DNA of 63,944 nucleotides, the filler included, from Aduncisulcus paluster (Eukaryota): the NCBI GenBank assembly GCA_024181965.1. It is 5 parts of 5 records of this genome, joined end to end, with 100 filler letters (N's around TTAATTAATTAA, not from the genome) between each part and the next. Parts side by side here need not be neighbours in the genome. Positions count along the whole stretch, not along the records: positions 1 to 12,097 come from BQXS01012617.1; positions 12,198 to 35,130 come from BQXS01012618.1; 3 more parts are not named here. One strand, written 5' to 3'. The notes under the pieces are model-generated. The model was not told where the DNA came from. It did no database searches and saw only the letters and a list, made by a program, of their open reading frames with translations. The position numbers were made by a program, and so were the translations under genes. Shown here piece after piece: positions 11,041 through 23,152 of this stretch (its first letter is position 1; the number at the start of each line of letters is the position of its first letter).

Positions 11041-12097
11041 TGGCAATTTTTAACATACTTTCCTAAAAATTCTTGAGAACATCAACAAATACGAAAAAAA
11101 CTTGAAAATCTTGGAATAAATCCTAATTTTAGCTAATATATCCCGGTACAATGATCCTTTCGATAAGTTGACACAAATTTAAACCAAAATAATGCCTACA
11201 ATATCAAGTTTGCAACCAAATCAGAGAAGTTTTGGACGATTTTGATCAAACATCGAAATATCCCCTGAAAATCGCATTGGTCCAATGAATTGCATTATAT
11301 TACATTCTAAAATCGTTGTTTGGGAATTTTCTTATCCATTCCAAGATCAAGAATCGGCAAAGTATCACCCATAAAAACGATCAACTTGACAGAGCTCGAT
11401 AGAAGAGGCAATTTATTATAATATCAATAAAAATAAAATAAATGAATAATAACAACATAAAGGTGAAGTGAAATAGAAAACGGACCATTCCAATTGTTTT
11501 TTTTCTTTTCCTGTTTTTGATATAAATAAATATATATATATATATTATATATTTGGGTACAAATTTCAACAGTCATCTCAACAAGTCAGTGAGTGACATG
11601 CCATCAAAATGGGGTGCAATCGATCATCATGAATATATACATTTGAAAGTACCCCAATTATACTCGACAGGGGGGGAAGAAGGAATCTGGAACATTTCAA
11701 AGTAAATAAGAATTGAATCATAGAGAGAATAAAATAAATAAAAATACTGAAAAACTTAACAGAAAAGATGATGAGAACATTGTTATATCCCATATTGTTT
11801 TGACAAGACAGTCCATTGTTATGCTCAGACAAAGATGTTATATTATTAGAGTGAAGTTTCTCAGTGCAACACTCATGAGTGTATATAAATAGATACACAT
11901 GAGATACACGTGAAATACACGTGAGATACGTGTACAATGAATATATGCACGATTGGACATGGACACTCCAATTATCCACAACTATTGTGACAAGGAAGTG
12001 AGGCAATAGGAAGTGAGGCAATAGAACACCAATAAGTGTAAAGGGATGGAATATGAATACAGAGCGGCAACAATACACACAATGCACATTGGAATGT

Positions 12098-12197
12098 NNN
12101 NNNNNNNNNNNNNNNNNNNNNNNNNNNNNNNNNNNNNNNNNTTAATTAATTAANNNNNNNNNNNNNNNNNNNNNNNNNNNNNNNNNNNNNNNNNNNN
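12098..12197. other. Artificial contig linker (N-TTAATTAATTAA-N); same at 35131-35230, 43399-43498, 62322-62401
   Basis: Six-frame-stop 12-mer embedded in N runs. Confidence 0.95.
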
Positions 12198-12540
12198 ACT
12201 CGAAACTCTCGGATTCGATTTATATGCATCATATCTCAAGAAAAATTCATTGAGATCTTCCAAAGTGTATTTGCGCAAACACGGTACGTCTACCGTCGCA
12301 CCACTTGTAGTTTGAACTGTAGCTGGCATTTGTTCAATAATATTATTGTTAGCTGTTCTACAGAATTTATGCCTGGAGCAAATTTACTATTTTGAAATAA
12401 AATATAAATTCCCAGTTTTTGGATTTGAAACCAAACCGGAACCAAAAAATAAAACATTCTTAATCCTTTAATATAATAAGATGATAACTTCAAAATAATA
12501 AATAATAATAATAGTTTCTGTCAATAATAAATAAACAACA
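12198..12540 (-). mobile_element. 5' end of a Gypsy element: LTR (~12347-12540), palindrome, gag start at 12329; cut by contig end
   Basis: TGTTG...TAAATTTGCT...CTAACA, then ATAATATTATTG, then MPATVQTTSGATVDVPCLRKYTLEDLNEFFLRYDAY, matching the PxL-x9-F-x3-Y-x-x-Y Gag motif of the other elements. Confidence 0.6.
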
Positions 12541-13197
12541 TTGTAATACCATCATACTAACAAAGGCAAGTTGCTCAAAGGTGACCTTAGTCAGAGAACT
12601 AAGGTTTTTAGGTTCGCCCTGCATTGCTGCTTGTAGACGAATCTTGAAATGGTCGTGCTTGATCCCTTTTATAAATTGTTTGTACAACAACTCATCGGAA
12701 AGCGTTTCATCACTGGCCATGAGTCGCATAGCCTCGTGATATTTGCGAATGTACACGGCGACTGCCCCTGAAGCAACGGTAAAGAGTTTAATGTTGCTGA
12801 AGGCGTAAAGAGTGTCTAGGGCAGACTTTCTCCCGAAATGAGACTCGAGACTCAGTAAGAACTCACGTTCATTCTCTTTCAATTCGGCCGCGTCGCTGGC
12901 TTCTTCTGAAGTTATCAACTTAACCCCACCGACACTTTCTAACATCATTCTGACGTCTGGTTGAATTAAAGCACATAATGGGGCTTCTCCACCAAGGGCT
13001 CGGTAGGATTCCAATTTCTGCTGAAAGTGATAGAAATAGAAAGAACCATACTTAGCCAACCAAGGACTTTTAATACTCGTATCATGAATCATCAGAGTTA
13101 CTGATTTTTGATCAAAAATGTGTTAACCGTGATGCAATTTATTGAAATAAAAGATAGTGGTAGAATCTATAAATAGAACAAGGTGAGAAACATAATA
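12541..13197 (-). mobile_element. Gypsy 5' fragment: short LTR (~13121-13197) plus truncated gag
   Basis: LTR core GTTCTATTTATAGA...CAATAAATTGC...TTAACA; Gag-like ORF (SPWL...YRALGG, FIKGIK..FKIRL) resembling 29245-29853. Confidence 0.7.
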
Positions 13198-14185
13198 AAC
13201 GGTAATACCATTATAATATCATAGGGATATAACAGTGCCTCATTTATTTAGACGATATTCTTGTCTTCGGGAGCACTGAAGAGGAATTCTTAAATAATTT
13301 AGCCGGCGTTTTGTTCAGGCTCGCGGAATATAATCTTTTTTTAAACTTAGAAAAATGCAAGATCGGTGTACGGAAAGTCCGTTATTTAGGTTTCTTCATT
13401 TCGGAAAAGTCCGGTCGGTCGATCCCGGAAGGTTAAAATTATTAAGAGATTTGAAACCTCCCGAGACCCTGAAGGATCTGCAAAGCCTGATGGGAAAGAT
13501 CAATTTCTTACGGGAATTTATCTCTGACTACTCTCGATCAGCAGAACCTTTGACGAGGTTAATGACTAAGAAGTTCAACAAAACGTCTTGGAACGAAGAA
13601 CAGACTTCTGCTTGGGAAGATATTCTTAATCTTTTAGAACGTCATTTGACATTGGAACACCCTTCCCAAGAGGGAGAATTTATATTACGGACCGACGCTT
13701 CAACCACAGGCATTGGAGGCATTCTGCTCCAAAAAGACTCTGCTGGAAGAGAAAAGTTGATAAATTTATTTTCAAAGAAGTTCAGCACGACAGAAAGGTG
13801 GAGTACGATCGAACAAGAAGCCTTTGGCGTCTATTATGGTATTACTTCAAATCAAGGCTCGAACGCGTGTCACCATGGTGACACGGGTGACACCAGCACC
13901 CCATTTTAAAATTCTGGTGACACGGGTGACACCAGAGGGCATTTTGGGATCATTTTTTTCATTCATAACAAGACTAAAAATGAGTCATTGTGGTGAAACA
14001 AACAATAAAACTTTGGCTTGCAGCAAATTTACTCTTGAAACATTAAAGAAGAACTAAAAATAGGTATTAATTGATGAAGGCAACANNNNNNNNNNNNNNN
14101 NNNNNCAAAGAAGTTCAGCACGACAGAAAGGTGGAGTACGATCGAACAAGAAGCCTTTGGCGTCTATTATGGTATTACTTCAAAT

Positions 14186-16641
14186 CAAGGCTCGAACGCG
14201 TGTCACCATGGTGACACGGGTGACACCAGCACCCCATTTTAAAATTCTGGTGACACGGGTGACACCAGAGGGCATTTTGGGATCATTTTTTTCATTCATA
14301 ACAAGACTAAAAATGAGTCATTGTGGTGAAACAAACAATAAAACTTTGGCTTGCAGCAAATTTACTCTTGAAACATTAAAGAAGAACTAAAAATAGGTAT
14401 TAATTGATGAAGGCAACATCACCCAGCGAAGATCATTAATATAAAATATAAATAAAGGAAATAAAGAAATAATAATAAGAAAAAATAAAATACTGAAATA
14501 TAATGTAAATAATTGCATTACAGTCATGTTTTCTCCAAAATCCAGAATTTATGAAAAATAAATTATAATATTGCATGTATAATAAAGATAATAGAAAATA
14601 GTTTCACTATAATCAATATTAATCACCATTGAATTTATTGAAAGTGGTATCATCAATGCCTCCTGGAAAGATCTAACCGAAAATAAAATTAAATAATATG
14701 CCGAATTATCAATAATATTAAACAATGAATTGAAAATTAATCATGATATTTATATTTAAAATTTTGCATGGGCCTGGGCCATTTTGAACTCTCCAAAAGT
14801 CGTTTTGCTCACGTATCAAAAAATGAATTCATCTGAAATCAAAACTGCGTATACTTGCAAATTAAGGTTACGAGAAGTTACCAAGAAAACACCTTCTGTT
14901 TTCGAATTTATGAAAGAGAGGGCATGTGACATATTCACACCACTTCAAGAAAAGAGTGATGTTGAATTGATGAACGAGTTTGTAAAAGTAACAAAGGTGA
15001 GAAAGGCTCCAAAAAATAAGTTGATGTGTTCTATTTGTAAACATTCATGTGAAAAGAAATTAATGCCAAGACATTTTATGACCCAAAAACATGCTAAAAA
15101 TGTAATTGATGCCTTAAAAGATTCGTTTGGAATTAAAACATTAGTTCAATACGGCTTGAAACCTAGTTGCTATTCTAAAGCCGAATCTGAGTTAGTTACC
15201 ATTATAGCAAAGCTATCGTTGAAACATGAGATAAGTCCACATATGATGACAAAAATTATTTGTCCAGAATTAATTAATTATCGGGGTTAAGAATGTTTCT
15301 TCTTCTTTTTCCATAAGTGATACAAAACTCCGCTCTGAAATGTATCGCATTGGCGTTGAATCATCAAATCTTCCAACAACTGGATATTATTCTTTGATTT
15401 TGGATAAATCAAATACTAAGGATGTCGGTGGATGTGCTGTAGTTGCTTATACGGAACTCAAAGCAAAGTGTATTGGTGTGGTCAAGCCAGTTGAAGGAAT
15501 TGAAACCCCTTCCATTCGACTATCTCAGGCAGTGATACAGTTATTGGAAGAAAAAGACAGTGAATGGAAACATCGTTGTGTCACTGTGATAACTGATGGT
15601 GAAGCTATGATGTTGAAAGTTGCAAATCTGTTATGTTTACATTTGGCTTGTAAGCCACAACATTGCTTGGCACATCAATTGAACTTATTATGTCAACATT
15701 ATCTGACATACTACTATCCTGGACTAAGTGACCTTCAAAAGGGATTGAGCAAGATATTTAAGTATAAATATGCCCTTTTAGCACATCATAAACTCCCTCA
15801 TCCCTCCTTTTCCCAAACAAGATGGATTGAAAACATAAAAAAACTACCATTATTGAAAGAAAATTGGGAAACTTGGATTGATGTATGTTATGACTTATAT
15901 GAAGAGGAGGAAACGGAAGAATTGGCAAGGGTGATTAAGTATTTGGAGGACAAAGAATACCATGAAGGTGTTAACTGGATTGTACTTAATCTTCTTCATC
16001 CTATAGAAAAAGCCATTACAAGGATCCAAGGAGATGTGAAGAGTTCCGCTGTATATGCTCTCAAGGATCTTCTTATCCTCTTTGACAGAAGAATTTAAGG
16101 TTGCTCCTGCTGTCAAGGCAAGAACAAGACTTACCAAAATCAAAGAATCATCAAGTTTCTTTGTTTCTATAATGTCTTTGAAGCCAGAGTGTTGGGAAAC
16201 AAGTGCACCAACCAAAGAAGATGTAGAGTTTGCGATTTCATTGCTTCATCACAAAAAAATCTCCCCAAGTGAAATAGATGACTACATCAAAAGGCTGCAA
16301 AGACATGAAGGATGCAAAGAGTTTTGGGAGTTGACAGATTATGAAGAATTGAAAGCAATTGGAAAAAAGGCTGCTGCCATTCCTTTCTCAGGTGCAGATG
16401 TTGAACGATTTTTTTCAGCTTTCAAAAGAGTTTATACAAACTTGAGAACCTGTTTAAGTGAAGAACATGCCTTTACACTCTCAATGGGAGGATTTAATCT
16501 TAAATAACAATAAAATACAAACAAAAAATAGCTTAAATCTCAATATTTTGTAGTGGTGACACGGGTGACACCAATCCATAATATTTGGGTGACACCAGTG
16601 ACACAAAAAGAGTTTTTGTGGTGACACGCGTTCGAGCCTTG
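14186..16641 (+). mobile_element. hAT DNA transposon, 2456 bp (left end also duplicated from 13853 by the gap overlap)
   Basis: Perfect 23-bp TIR CAAGGCTCGAACGCGTGTCACCA; 8-bp TSD CTTCAAAT (14178-14185 and 16642-16649); subterminal GGTGACAC repeats; removal restores host RNase H frame (GITSN|SFYLLGRKF). Confidence 0.95.
14823..16507 (+). pseudogene. hAT transposase with two frame breaks (~15290, ~16090)
   Basis: C2H2 finger (CSIC...HFMTQKH), LILDKS (D1), VITDGE (D2), CLAHQLNL, TRW, SGADVERFFS (E). Confidence 0.9.
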
Positions 16642-18088
16642 CTTCAAATAGTTTTTATTTGTTAGGAAGGAAGTTTCGAGTAGAGACTGATCATAGAAAC
16701 TTAAAATACATCTACAAAAGTGAAGTCCCAAAAATTGTGAGATGGCGTATGATGTTGGCACCATATACATTTTCAATAGAGCACATTCCTGGCAAAACCA
16801 ACGAAACTGCCGACTTTTTGTCAAGAATAACATCCACACCAAAACAGAACCATGTTGTCGCAGCGATAACATCCCCACCCATCTCAAAAGAACAATCCTT
16901 ATTGCTGGAAAGAGTCCATACCGAGCTGGGCCATGCGTCAGAGAATTTGATGGTGAGAGTTCTGAAAACCAGAGGAATTACTTGGTCAGGCATGGTCCGA
17001 CAAGCTCGCGACGTACGTCAAAGATGTCTCCGTTGCCAAAAGGTTTCTAAAGGGAAACCAGTACGTATCAACCACCACCTACGGTCCTCATATATTTTTG
17101 AATGCGTGAAATCCATGACGTAATGACGTTGGAACAAGAAAAGGTCTATAAGAAGCAGGATGACAAGATTGATGAAGATAAAAAATTTATTATCGATGAA
17201 TTGGTTCTTCTCATGCCGGCAAAGACCCCGAAGAAACATGTTCCTGTCCTNNNNNNNNNNNNNNNNNNNNTCCTTATTGCTGGAAAGAGTCCATACCGAG
17301 CTGGGCCATGCGTCAGAGAATTTGATGGTGAGAGTTCTGAAAACCAGAGGAATTACTTGGTCAGGCATGGTCCGACAAGCTCGCGACGTACGTCAAAGAT
17401 GTCTCCGTTGCCAAAAGGGTTCTAAAGGGAAACCAGTACGTATCAACCACCACCTACGGTCCTCATATATTTTTGAATGCGTGAAATCCATGACGTAATG
17501 ACGTTGGAACAAGAAAAGGTCTATAAGAAGCAGGATGACAAGATTGATGAAGATAAAAAATTTATTATCGATGAATTGGTTCTTCTCATGCCGGCAAAGA
17601 CCCCGAAGAAACATGTTCCTGTCCTCAAGGGTACGTATAAAATTGTTTCAATCCTTGGCAACGAAGTTAGGTTAAAACCCCTCAATGGAGGTTCGGAGTT
17701 CAAGGTACCCCACCGTAGACTACGGAAATTTACACAAGGAAAAGACACAGAAGACGAAATGACGAGAATAAGTTCAAAAGACGAAGAAGAGTTTTTCGTA
17801 GAGAAAATTTTTGCCAAAAGATACGGGGGTAAGAAACCAATGGTGTGGGGAGCTGCAGCTCCCCGAAGAAAAGGTTGGCTGAGGTTAACCTTGAGACTTG
17901 GCTGCGAGTCAAGACCATAGAAGCAAGCTGCGGTTTGCTGAAGAGAGACTCACTGTGGTGATCCTCGTCGGGTGAGGAGTTCTTAAGGCTGAGGTATTCT
18001 CTCCTCTTCCCAAGGTGTTCTTTTTATTTTTTCTTTTTTTTTCCATTTATTTCAGTTCTCAGAAGGAACCTCAGTTCTGGGGTGGAAG

Positions 18089-18164
18089 TGTAGGTTTTCT
18101 CAGTGTTCTATTTATAGACCTGATGTCCTTCTGTTTACTTTCCAATAAATTGCTACCGTTTCTA
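18089..18164 (+). repeat. Short 3' LTR (~76 bp) preceded by a polypurine tract
   Basis: GGGGTGGAAG then TGTAGGTTTTCTCAGTGTTCTATTTATAGA...CAATAAATTGCTA; right boundary approximate. Confidence 0.65.
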
Positions 18165-18181
18165 TCTCCGAGATATCGACA

Positions 18182-18721
18182 TCACGGAGTCTCTTTTTGA
18201 AGAGACCTTAATATGTCCCTGATTTCCTCTCTGGAACCTAAGGAAGGATAACGATCCATTATGGCCCTAAATTGTTTGGTATAGGCTAAAAGGGTATCAA
18301 CATCAAGTTTCTCCTCCATTTTAATCTTTCTTAGTCTGTCGTAAAGGTTGATCTCACTGGTGCTCGCGAAAACTTTGTCAACCATGTCGAACGCTTGTTT
18401 TCGAGCGACCTTATTCTTAAAGTCTTTAACTTTGGACAAGTCGGAGATTAAGGTAAGAACTACCGCATCGACTAATTTCGGCCATTGTTTGGTTCCTCCC
18501 AAAGAAGCATAATGCTTAAAATCTCTCACAAACGCAGCCCAACTTTCAGTTGAAAGTTCCTTCAAAAATGGAGGTTCCGGACCCTTCTCGGCGGTAATAA
18601 ATGTAGTAGAATTCTTCGTCATATATTCCTCAGTTTTAAAACTGTGAATGAGTGAGCAAATTTATTAGAATAAACCTTCGGCTGGCTGGGTGCTATAAAT
18701 AGAACCTGAGAAACCTTAACA
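18182..18721 (-). mobile_element. Gypsy 5' fragment: 79-bp LTR (18643-18721) plus truncated gag (18622-18182)
   Basis: TGTTAAGGTTTCTCAGGTTCTATTTATAG...AATAAATTTGCT...TTCACA; Gag motif PPFLKELSTESWAAFVRDFKHYASLGG. Confidence 0.75.
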
Positions 18722-18769
18722 GGTTTCTTGATTTTATTATGTGTTATTACATATATTCTGAATTGTGTA

Positions 18770-21308
18770 TTTTTGGGATCGCATGCTTTGTCTATTTAGA
18801 TGACATCCTCGTTATGGGTAAGAACAAAAAGGAGTTCATAAATAACCTGAGAAAGATAATAGAGAGGTTAGGAAAGGCAAACCTGATGATAAATTACAAA
18901 AAGACGAATTTCGCAACATCGTCAGTGGAATATCTTGGATTTGAAGTATCGGAGGAAGGAAGAAGGATAAAAGCGGGAAGAATTGATGCAGTAGAAGATT
19001 TACATGCGGTATACAACAAAAAAGGAGTACAGAAACTTATCGGATGTTTAAATTACATTAGAGAATTTATACCGGATTACTCAAGAATAGCAAGTCCGAT
19101 AACAGACATATTATCGTCAAAGACAGAGAAAGTAGACTGGGGGAAGGACCAGGATGAAGCTTTAAAGGAACTAAAAACAAGAGTCCATAGGAGAATAATA
19201 CTGCACCATCCATGTAAACAAGCTGAATTTATCGTGAGAACTGATGGCTCAACGAAGGGAATTGGTCATCAATTCCACGGTGGTGGAATTTGGCAGAAGA
19301 GACAAGGAAATAATAAGGAAGAATTAGTCTCTTTATTCTCCAAAAAGTTCAACAAAACGGAAATGAACTGGACAACAATAGAACAAGAATGCTTCGCAGT
19401 AGTTTATGCGATGGCAAAAAATAAGTATTCATTGATTGGTAAGGAATTCACGGTAGAAACTAATCATAGGAATTTAATGTTTCTACAAAAGTAGTTGGTC
19501 CCAAAACTGATAAGATGGAGACTACAATTAGAACCTTTTAACTTTACTATTAAACACATCGAGGGCAAAACTAATGGTTTTGCAGATTTCTTGTCCCGGG
19601 CTGGAGCGCAGGAGACAGTGGAGATTAATACGGTGGAAGTTGAGGAGGATAAGGAAGATTTGAAGACCTTACAGAAATTTACATGAGGAATTGGCTCACG
19701 CAGGAAAGGACATTATACAGAAAACTTTAAAAAAGGAGGAGATTAAGATCGACAAACTGCAGGAGAAATTAAACAAGGTCGTAAACAGTTGTATCTATTG
19801 CCAAAAATTGAAGAACCCTAAGCCCCACGGCCATGGGACCTTACGCTCTTTCGGTACTTGGCAGTGCGTATCAGCGGATACAATCGGACCTTTCACTGAA
19901 GATGAACAAGGATTTAAGTACTTAGTTGTGATCGTTGATGACTTCTCCAGATTTATCTTCATAAGACCAACAAAAGGAATTTCGGCGGAAGAAGCAATAA
20001 CTTGCTTTCGAAACTGTTTCGCAATTCTGGGTACCCCGGTTAGATTAAGGACTGGCGGCAGGGGGCAGTATATTGCATCACCAACCGAAAAATGGCTGAA
20101 GGAAAGGAAAATCACACATAATATAGCTCTCCCACACAACCATGAAGAGAATGGTAGCTGAGAGATTTAACAGAGAAATCAGGAAGTTGCAAAGGATCTG
20201 GTTGATGGAAAAGGAGAGAAATTGGCCCGAATTTGCCGACTATGCTATGAAAACAATGAATGGGAGGTGAAATTCACGCTCAGAGGTATCACCCTTTAAG
20301 GCAATGTTCATTAGGACAACTGAGCTCATGGAAACGGAAAGATCGGCATTCCATAGAGAAATTATAACAAGAAGAGAAGAAAGGAAATCGATGAACATAT
20401 AAGACATACCGATGACAAAACAGAAAAGACGTCGAAGAAACCATTGGAATTTGAAGTAGGGGAAGAAATTCTTCTGAAAGGAACAAAGGAGGGCAAGAAA
20501 GAACACGCAAAACTCTTAGGACCATACACAGTGTTAGAAAAATTGAACGACCATAGTTATACGGTCATTCCAGTTAAAGGAGGCGAAAAAGAAGAGGTTG
20601 CTACCGAAGGATGGTAAAATATCAAAAAGACGATTTCATTCCCAAAGAAAAGATTATAGAAATCAATGGGAAAGACGAAGAAGAATATACAGTCGAAGAA
20701 ATCATTAGACATCGACATGGAGGTAAATTACCTCTTAAATTTCTTGTGAAATGGAGAGATTATGACGAGGAACATAATACTTGGGAATATTTCCCTACGG
20801 TCAAAGATTGTGAGGCTTTAGAAGTTTATTTAAAGAAGAATAAGGCCTTGAAAGGAAAAGTAGACAAAAAGCTGGCAAATATAAAATTAGGAGAATGAAA
20901 AACACAATGTATATGGTTGGAATACCTTTATTAATGAATTAAATTATGTAGAACACTATTTGAGTGGAAAATATAAAGTTTTAATAAAGAAATTTATATT
21001 CGAGATTTTATCCGATAAAGGCCAAAATAAACTTTCGAATTTTAAGGAACCCTCATAGATGGGAGTTATAGGACCGATAAGGAAGAGATTTACTGGTTTG
21101 GTGATTTATTTTGGTTAAAAAAGACGATCTGAAAAATCGACTTCGTCGTAGAGCAAATCTAATGCCGTTTTCGAGGTCTACTCCAGAAGTTAGTTGTACT
21201 ATAAAGGAAAAGAAAAATAAGCTAAATGAAGTGTAACTTCTCAGTGATCTATTTATAGAAGCTTGATCACTCCGATCACTTTTATTCAATAAATTGCTAA
21301 CGTCTACA
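18770..21308 (+). mobile_element. Degenerate chromodomain Ty3/Gypsy element, 3' half (RT-RNase H-integrase-chromodomain) with 77-bp 3' LTR 21232-21308
   Basis: FVYLDDIL, RTDGSTKGIG, TTIEQEC, CIYC, SADTIGP, VIVDDFSR, PHNHEENG, LLGPY, YTVEEII...FLVKWRDY...NTWE; LTR TGTA...TACA. Confidence 0.9.
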
Positions 21309-22749
21309 ATTTTAATAATGAAAATAATAGGTTTATTCGAAAAATGAACGAAAAGTCATCTTAATTAAGGAAATCAATATAGAAAGTAAGCTTTTATAGA
21401 AGTTAATGTTGAAAAACTTATTACCGTTCTTTTCTTTCCAAAAGGAGGGACCAAGGAGGGGGTAGGAAGTAATTTTTTGCAAAACTTTATAAAATAACGG
21501 AAAAAGGGGTAATATAGAAGGAGGAAGTTTCGAACAAGTAGAAAACGTGGAAACACTAGAATATTTAGACAATTACCTGCAGATACATCAATATTAAGTC
21601 ATCTTGCAATTCAAAACTATTTATCATTTTTATATTAAAATATCAATGGAAATGAGTTATATCATCATCAAAACTGAATGTATTAACGTACGCAATAGAA
21701 TATTAGGAGAGCGTGGAGAAATGTGAAATGTCGAAAATTTACATTTTGTTAATTACTAATTATGAATAGTATTCATTAAAATATGTTTATAAAAATAATG
21801 ATACTATCATTAACATAACGGGAGTAATAATTTATATATAATCATGCTAATTAAATCTTTAAATGAAACAAAAATCAAGAAAAGATGAATTTGGGGAGTT
21901 TGCAGATATTCGCAATAATTCAGCCGAACATTGTACAAAAATTTAAAATTATCGAAGAAAAATCCGACAAATTATTGAATGAAAATTCATCATTATTACA
22001 TAAAAATTCAATAATATTTTTATAAAATTATTATAAATTATTGGTGAAAAATTATATAAAATTCACAATTTTTACTAAAAATAGTCTAGTAGACTTATTT
22101 TGATAGAAAATTTACAATTCTTGATATCTATTTTGACAAATTTAGAAGGAGAGACCTTTATTAAAGGAAGGACAGGATGTTATATACGTAGTACTAGTAT
22201 ATAATATTATTTGATATTTTTGTTCTTAATTTCCACATGGTTTAATATATTCTCATGTTCTATTTTTAGGGCATACATTGACTTTATTCTTCTTTCATAA
22301 TAAATTGTAACAGGTTCGTTTCTCAAACGCCACAGTTGCTATGTTTTTGTCGCCTTTATGTTTGTGAATTTACGTTAGCTCTGCAACAAGCTCAAAAGAG
22401 GGAAATCACACCTGTTTGCGATTGAAGGAATTGTGACAACGATATCTGATAAAGGATTTGATGATATGGTTCATCGAGATGAAAGAGTGAAAGCTTTAGA
22501 AAGAAATTGTTAAAAGCTTATGCTTGCTTCAAATTTATTAAATAAATGTGGATGTGATAATCTAAAAATAGAACGATGAGAAATTAACAGAAATGCCAAG
22601 TATTTCAAAGAATCTTGTTTCTTTCTTTCACTTCATGTGTTGCGAACTTCCGAATCACCAACACGATTTGGCGTTTTCACCGTTTTTGAGAAAGGTTGTG
22701 TGAAGATTCTCAAGGATTCAACCTCCTCAGGAATAATTCCCTACACTCA

Positions 22750-22845
22750 TATTGACTTGCGGTATGCAAGTGGCTAGCAAATTTATTAATAAAAGAATAA
22801 TCGGCTGCATACCGGTAATGCCGGTTAGTGCCGGTGGCCATCACA
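22750..22845 (-). repeat. 3' LTR (96 bp)
   Basis: Identical to 27817-27912. Confidence 0.95.
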
Positions 22846-23152
22846 ACGCCCCCTTAAAGGTTTGTTCAGATTTGGCAGAGAATACAGGAGAAGAGTAAAA
22901 TAAAGGAATAGAAAAGAATACGATAGGAATTATAGATGCCAGCTTAGATAGTTTCGAGGGAAGAATAGGAACGCTATTCTAATAGAATATAAAAGTATAA
23001 TAAAGGAAAGCAATAGAAGATCAAAAGAGAAGATATACAAAACATTGTATAATAGAATAAAAGTAAAATAGAATTAGGTAAGAGATAGTGATGATAGATG
23101 AGATTGAATATTATTCATCTTTGGCAAAGAGGTTGAAACATCGAGTGTTGGC

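Larger units (their letters stand above)
13236..17840 (+). mobile_element. Degenerate Ty3/Gypsy pol (RT from YLDD, RNase H, partial integrase, start of chromodomain) interrupted by a hAT element
   Basis: CLIYLDDIL, LQSLMGKINFLREFI, RTDASTTGIG, WSTIEQEAF, ETDHRNL, HIPGKTNETADFLSR, H..LGH...CLRC, EEFFVEKI; frameshifts and deletions. Confidence 0.9.

Noticed and set aside
11381..12087. Hydrophobic ORFs 11381-11569 and 11578-12087
   Set aside because: AT-rich low-complexity sequence with short tandem repeats and no domain signal.
12142..12153. TTAATTAATTAA palindrome recurring four times
   Set aside because: Always embedded in N runs; it is an artificial six-frame-stop linker.
13775..14417. Apparent tandem duplication of the hAT left end and the two identical 77-aa ORFs
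   Set aside because: Gap-overlap artifact; the ORFs read through TIR DNA.
12541..21308. A new element type with gag and pol on opposite strands and inverted LTRs
   Set aside because: Paired LTRs are not identical, gags are truncated and protease/RT N-terminus are missing; nested fragments explain it better (kept only as an insertion-pattern finding).
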